Positions 59,639-64,000 of a stretch of 64,000 nt of DNA are shown here, in pieces (position 1 is the first letter of the stretch; each line of letters begins with the position of its first letter). The position numbers were made by a program, and so were the translations under genes. The notes beneath the pieces are model-generated. The model searched no databases, was not told the DNA's origin, and worked only from the letters and a program-made list of their open reading frames with translations. The DNA comes from Bacilli bacterium. Its GTDB lineage: Bacteria > Bacillota_I > Bacilli_A > RFN20 > CAG-826. Location: assembly GCA_045597865.1 (NCBI GenBank), contig JAZLKX010000052.1, forward strand, positions 128,001 through 192,000, read 5' to 3'.

Positions 59639-60244
59639 ATGAAGTTAAATGAAGGATTCTTTAAATCTGCTTACGAACGTTATGTTCAAAAAGTTCTAAA
59701 GCTAGCTGCTAAAATGGCTGGACAACCTATTGTACTAACTGCCAAAGTTGAAGATTGGATTAAAGATTTCTATGAAGACTCGTTTGACCCTATGGACTGT
59801 GCTCATGCCGTTGTTGACAGCTGTCTTAGAGAAGGCTTTATAAATACTACCCAAACGTTAAAAGAAGAGGTGAATATGAATGGTGAAGAAGAGTTGATGA
59901 TCGCAAAACGCACTGCTGAACGTGCCGGCTACAAGGTTGAAATGCCAAGGCCTTCTGCTCGTGGTGCTATTGCAGATAACGCTGCACGCATTGCTGCTGC
60001 GAAGGCACGCCTTGGTTATGGTGATGCACCGCAGGCAGCACCTGCTAGATCTGTTGCTGATGATTTGGACCGCCTAGCTTTGGCAGCTCGTACTGCAGAA
60101 AAGGCTGGATATACGGTTCGTAAGATTGACGCTGCCCCGGCACCTGCTCCTGAACCAGCACCTGCACCGCAGAGTGAACCTACTAAGAAGGAATACTCTC
60201 CGTGGCTTGCTGGCGCTGCAAAATTCATGAGTCGTGAACAGTAA
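59639..60244 (+). CDS. Ala/Pro-rich late protein with internal repeat (possible prohead core component)
   Basis: MKLNE start; repeats AKRTAERAGYKV and AARTAEKAGYTV; internal TATAAATA and RBS. Confidence 0.6.
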   Translation: MKLNEGFFKSAYERYVQKVLKLAAKMAGQPIVLTAKVEDWIKDFYEDSFDPMDCAHAVVDSCLREGFINTTQTLKEEVNMNGEEELMIAKRTAERAGYKVEMPRPSARGAIADNAARIAAAKARLGYGDAPQAAPARSVADDLDRLALAARTAEKAGYTVRKIDAAPAPAPEPAPAPQSEPTKKEYSPWLAGAAKFMSREQ

Positions 60245-60264
60245 CGCTAAAAAGAAAATTTTTA

Positions 60265-60294
60265 GGCGGTCGGTAATTCCGACCGTCTTTTTTT
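60265..60294 (+). terminator. intrinsic terminator
   Basis: GGCGGTCGG-TAATT-CCGACCGTC plus T run. Confidence 0.8.
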
Positions 60295-60397
60295 ATATTT
60301 ACATCAGGATTTAATGTAACTGCCTAATAAATAAATCACCATCAAATTGAGTATGTTTATTTGACGTGAATTTATTGTTAGGATAAAAGAGGATAAT

Positions 60398-62821
60398 ATG
60401 ATTAAAAATGTAAAGAAGCGTGACGGGCGTTCACGAGTTTTTAATGCAGAAAAAATCGTTAATGCGATTAACTATGCTTTTAAGGAATCTAAAGAAAGCA
60501 TTGAAAACGAACGGCTTGACCACATTATTGAGCGAACCCTTGAAGAGGTGGAAAAGCTCGGTAAGAAAACTGTTCAGTCCGCCGCGATTGAAAAGATCAT
60601 CAAGGAACTATTGATGAATCACGGCTATCATCAAACTGCCGAAGCGTATATCTTGTTCAGCGCTGAAAAACAAAGGGTTCGTGAAACTAACTCAGAACTT
60701 TTCAAGACCATTCGCGAAATTGGCGCAGCTGACCTTAAGAACTCCAGTCTGCTCAGAGACAATGGAAATGTCAATGGTGCTACTGTTGCATCAAGCTATG
60801 CTAAGGCAGGCGGTGAAGCTTGGAAAACATACAATCTCATGACCCATATCAAGCCAGCAAACCGTATTGCTCATTTGAATGGCGACTTGCATATTCATGA
60901 CCTTGATTACTATTCTTTGACGATGAACTGTCTGTTTATTCCATTGGCAGACTTGTTGAAACGCGGGTTTGACACAGGCAACGGCTATATTCGTCAGCCT
61001 CACAGTATTGGCTCAGCCGGTGCATTAGCAGCTATCCTTATTCAGTCATCACAGAACCAAATGTTTGGGGGTCAAGCATTTGCTCACCTTGATGATGATT
61101 TAGCTCCGTATGTTGAATTTTCATTTAAGAAAAATCTCAAAAAGCAAGTAGACGCATATAAGCGCTATACTGGTATTGATTTTGATGATTCTGACATTGA
61201 TAAAGTTTCTATCAATGATCCTGTTTCGGGACATACCATTCCAGATCCTATTATCAAAGCTGCTATTGAAGAAACGGATAAGGAAACTTATCAGGCAATG
61301 GAAGCTCTTGTTCATAATCTCAACAGTTTGTTTAGCCGCTCAGGTAACCAACTTCCATTTAGCTCAGTAAACTTTGGTTTGAATACAACACGTGCTGGTA
61401 GAATGGTTTCATTGAATTTGCTTAAGGCAACTGAAGCTGGTATGGGCGATGGCGCCACCGCAATCTTCCCGATTAGCATTTGTAAAATGATGATGGGTAT
61501 CAATGTTGACCCTGATGATCCTAACTATGATATTTGGGAAAAGTCATGCGAAATCTGTGCTAAGCGTTTCTATCCTAATTTCGTTAATGCAGATGCCTCA
61601 TATAACAAGCCAGGCGTTCGTTGGACTGAATGGAAAGTTGATATGGGCAATTCTATTGTCCTTAAGAAGATCGCTGCTGATGATGTGGTTACAGCAACCG
61701 CTGATACCATTAGTCAGTATATTGGCAAGTGGGAAAAGAAGAATACGTCCGATGGTAATTGGTATACTCTATCATCAATAGATGGTTCAGAATTAACCTT
61801 TAAACGTCTCGTCCCTGAAAGTGTTATCGCGACGATGGGCTGCAGAACAAGGAGCTATGAAGACGTTAATGGCGTTACTCAGACTGACGCAAAGGGTAAC
61901 CTCTGGTTCACAACTATCAACCTTCCGGCTATCGCTATTCGTGCTAAGAAGGCAAAAGATCCTATTGAAGCATTCTTCACTGAATTGCAGCAGCGTTGCG
62001 AACAGTGCCGCGACATTATGGAAGACCGATATGAACTCATTGCTAAGCGTCATTATGAAAACTTCCCGTTCTTGATGCAACAAGGCGTCTATATGGATTC
62101 TGATCCGGCCAATCATAAGCCTGAAGATGAAATTCGCGAAGTGTTAAAACATGGCTCAAATGCTATTGGCTACATCGGTATCTACGAAGTTTGTAAGCTA
62201 TTGCTTGACAAGACACTTGGTGTTGACCAGGAAGCTTTTGATCTTGGCTATCGCATTGTAAAGCACATTCGTGATTACACCGATAAGGTAAAGAAAGAAA
62301 CCCACCAGAACTGGTCTTGTTTCGCAACACCGGCAGAAAACGTTTGCGGACGCTTTGCTGAACTTGATAAGAAGCGCTATGGCGAAATTGCTGACATTAC
62401 TGATAAAGGTTATTATACCAACAGCCACATGCTGCCATTTGATTTGAAAACAACTCTAGCAAATAAGCTCAAGAATGAAGCTCCGTTCCACAAGCTTTCC
62501 AATGGTGGACACATCTTCTATCATAAGCTTGATGGTAATCCTGCTATGAATGTTGAAGCGGTCAAGAAAGCTATTCGCGCTATGTATGACGCTGACCTAG
62601 GATATTTCACTATAACATTCGACCAAGATAGGTGCCGTGAATGTGGCCATATTGGAATCATCGCTGATGAATGCCCTAACTGCGGCGCTAAGGACGACGG
62701 CGTTAACATTTTGAGAATCCGTCGTATTACAGGGTATTTGGTGGGCAGACCTGGACAGTCTATTGAAAAGTCCTGGGGAACAGGAAAACAAAATGAACTA
62801 AAGAAACGCGTTAACATCTAA
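60398..62821 (+). CDS. nrdD: anaerobic (class III) ribonucleoside-triphosphate reductase
   Basis: ATP cone VKKRDG, IHDLD, NC, MGCR, TPAE, YYTNS, CxxC..CPxC, RRITGYL glycyl radical motif. Confidence 0.97.
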   Translation: MIKNVKKRDGRSRVFNAEKIVNAINYAFKESKESIENERLDHIIERTLEEVEKLGKKTVQSAAIEKIIKELLMNHGYHQTAEAYILFSAEKQRVRETNSELFKTIREIGAADLKNSSLLRDNGNVNGATVASSYAKAGGEAWKTYNLMTHIKPANRIAHLNGDLHIHDLDYYSLTMNCLFIPLADLLKRGFDTGNGYIRQPHSIGSAGALAAILIQSSQNQMFGGQAFAHLDDDLAPYVEFSFKKNLKKQVDAYKRYTGIDFDDSDIDKVSINDPVSGHTIPDPIIKAAIEETDKETYQAMEALVHNLNSLFSRSGNQLPFSSVNFGLNTTRAGRMVSLNLLKATEAGMGDGATAIFPISICKMMMGINVDPDDPNYDIWEKSCEICAKRFYPNFVNADASYNKPGVRWTEWKVDMGNSIVLKKIAADDVVTATADTISQYIGKWEKKNTSDGNWYTLSSIDGSELTFKRLVPESVIATMGCRTRSYEDVNGVTQTDAKGNLWFTTINLPAIAIRAKKAKDPIEAFFTELQQRCEQCRDIMEDRYELIAKRHYENFPFLMQQGVYMDSDPANHKPEDEIREVLKHGSNAIGYIGIYEVCKLLLDKTLGVDQEAFDLGYRIVKHIRDYTDKVKKETHQNWSCFATPAENVCGRFAELDKKRYGEIADITDKGYYTNSHMLPFDLKTTLANKLKNEAPFHKLSNGGHIFYHKLDGNPAMNVEAVKKAIRAMYDADLGYFTITFDQDRCRECGHIGIIADECPNCGAKDDGVNILRIRRITGYLVGRPGQSIEKSWGTGKQNELKKRVNI

Positions 62822-62845
62822 TCTTAATAAACATACAATAAAATT

Positions 62846-62876
62846 GAGCCACAGCGAAAGTTGTGGCTCTTTTTTT
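62846..62876 (+). terminator. intrinsic terminator
   Basis: GAGCCACAGC-GAAA-GTTGTGGCTC plus T run. Confidence 0.85.
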
Positions 62877-63035
62877 AGTATACGGTTTTTGAACCCATAA
62901 AGCGTGTTTAATGTATTCAATTTTAAAAGCAATTTAATTATTCAGCGTGCTAAAACAAAGCGTCTACATTCATTTATCAGCGTCATCACTGCTGCTTTGG
63001 AAACGTAATAAATAAATAAATCAAAGGAGAAATTT

Positions 63036-63821
63036 ATGAATCTTAATGAAGCATTGAACATTCTTGAAAAACATGGTTTTATCACAGAAGCTAGCAATGA
63101 GATAATTACTATTCCTGGCCGTATTAAAAACGATGTTCTTATAATGGCGGCCCGCCGCATTGGAATTTCCAAAGCAGAAGTGGCGGAATTCATTAATAGT
63201 AATGAAAAAGTGCAGCAAGGATTATCATACATTTGTCTGCATACTCGCGATATGAATAATCCTGAGGCTTACGTTGACGCATTGGAAAAATACTGGAATG
63301 AACTGATTTATATGGGTGAAGCTGCTGAACCTGGCTATATGCATGGCGATATTTCAGCTTGGGACCGTGAAAAGATTAACAAAGGCCAAACACCAAGATG
63401 GGCTAAGAAGGTAACTGATATTGGCCCTCGTAAGAAAGAACTTCGTCAGTCAAGCTCTTATTCTGAAATTGCTATGAGAAGCGTGAATACACCAGATGGC
63501 AAAGCAAAGCAGCCTTACACTGAATCTGATTGGCGCCGTGATAAGGAAAATGCAACAGCAATGAATCAACGTATTGCTGATACGGTAGCAAACTTGCTTT
63601 CAAAATTTGAACCGTTTGACCATACTGACGCAAACCAGGAATATGCTTCTATTTATGTTAAAGCTAAAGACGGCCAGTTAGATGAATATCGCGTATACAA
63701 CCGTATGCGTGGTTATATTGTAAAGTTCATCGGACATGAATCTGTATTCAGCCGCAAATCAGAATCAGTTGAAAACATCCATGCTGTAGCAATTTACATT
63801 AAGAATGGAGGAAAAATCTAA
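63036..63821 (+). CDS. hypothetical late protein with LNEA..IL..HG leader
   Basis: AAGGAG RBS and ATAAATA upstream. Confidence 0.75.
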   Translation: MNLNEALNILEKHGFITEASNEIITIPGRIKNDVLIMAARRIGISKAEVAEFINSNEKVQQGLSYICLHTRDMNNPEAYVDALEKYWNELIYMGEAAEPGYMHGDISAWDREKINKGQTPRWAKKVTDIGPRKKELRQSSSYSEIAMRSVNTPDGKAKQPYTESDWRRDKENATAMNQRIADTVANLLSKFEPFDHTDANQEYASIYVKAKDGQLDEYRVYNRMRGYIVKFIGHESVFSRKSESVENIHAVAIYIKNGGKI

Positions 63822-64000
63822 TGCTATTGTCTGAAGCAAAAAGAATCTTGAAGCAACATGGCTGTAAGCTTAATGAAAACTACAGCGAAGATCAGATTAA
63901 CACGGCAGTTGATAAAATTGAAAGAGCAATTTATGAACTTAGACAAAAGGGCAATGATTACTTTGATGATTTCGTAGATGATGTGTATTCTGCTATTAGC
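63821..64000 (+). CDS. partial CDS running off the window (MLLSEAKRILKQHGCKLNE...)
   Basis: GGAGG RBS; TAATG coupling; same leader family. Confidence 0.7.
   Translation, partial: MLLSEAKRILKQHGCKLNENYSEDQINTAVDKIERAIYELRQKGNDYFDDFVDDVYSAIS

Noticed and set aside
61616-61822. Intein in NrdD
   Set aside because: Too short, with no N-terminal Cys/Ser block and no C-terminal HN followed by C/S/T.
1071-63232. Numerous minus-strand and alternate-frame ORFs in the track
   Set aside because: They shadow well-supported + strand genes and lack recognisable motifs; only 56589..57116 is supported.
1-64000. CRISPR array, tRNA or rRNA genes
   Set aside because: No regularly spaced repeats and no cloverleaf or rRNA hallmarks were seen by eye; tRNAscan-SE was not run.
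1-64000. Stop-codon reassignment
   Set aside because: Core genes are full length in the standard code, and TAA, TAG and TGA all end genes at coupled junctions.

Overview
This 64 kb window comes from a large T4-related (myovirus-type, probably jumbo) phage genome. It is AT-rich, densely coding in the standard genetic code, and almost entirely on the + strand. Replication and nucleotide genes include dUTPase, gp45-like clamp, gp44 and gp62 clamp loader, two type IIA topoisomerase subunits, a DinG-like helicase and anaerobic NrdD. Virion genes are scattered rather than clustered: gp2, gp15, gp14, gp18, gp13 and gp21. Host-like genes include Pth2, a PARG/macro domain protein, two GroES, SpoVG, ClpP and IF-1. 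There is a radical SAM/glycosyltransferase cluster, two atypical C5-methyltransferase-like genes and T4-type TATAAATA late promoters. The best candidate for an undescribed system is a three-copy family of about 580 aa genes that fuse a homing-endonuclease-like module (Zn finger, KYG repeats, PD-(D/E)XK or Vsr-like nuclease) to an amino-methyltransferase domain. Two of the copies are preceded by a conserved four-hairpin leader with covarying loop-loop complementarity and loop-to-RBS pairing around a late promoter. Other notable items are a TnpB-only IS200/IS605 element whose ends, TAM and guide can be read from the sequence, an unannotated structured region of about 300 nt, and an unannotated RiPP-precursor-like peptide next to a GNAT. 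All calls come from motif recognition by eye; no searches were run.
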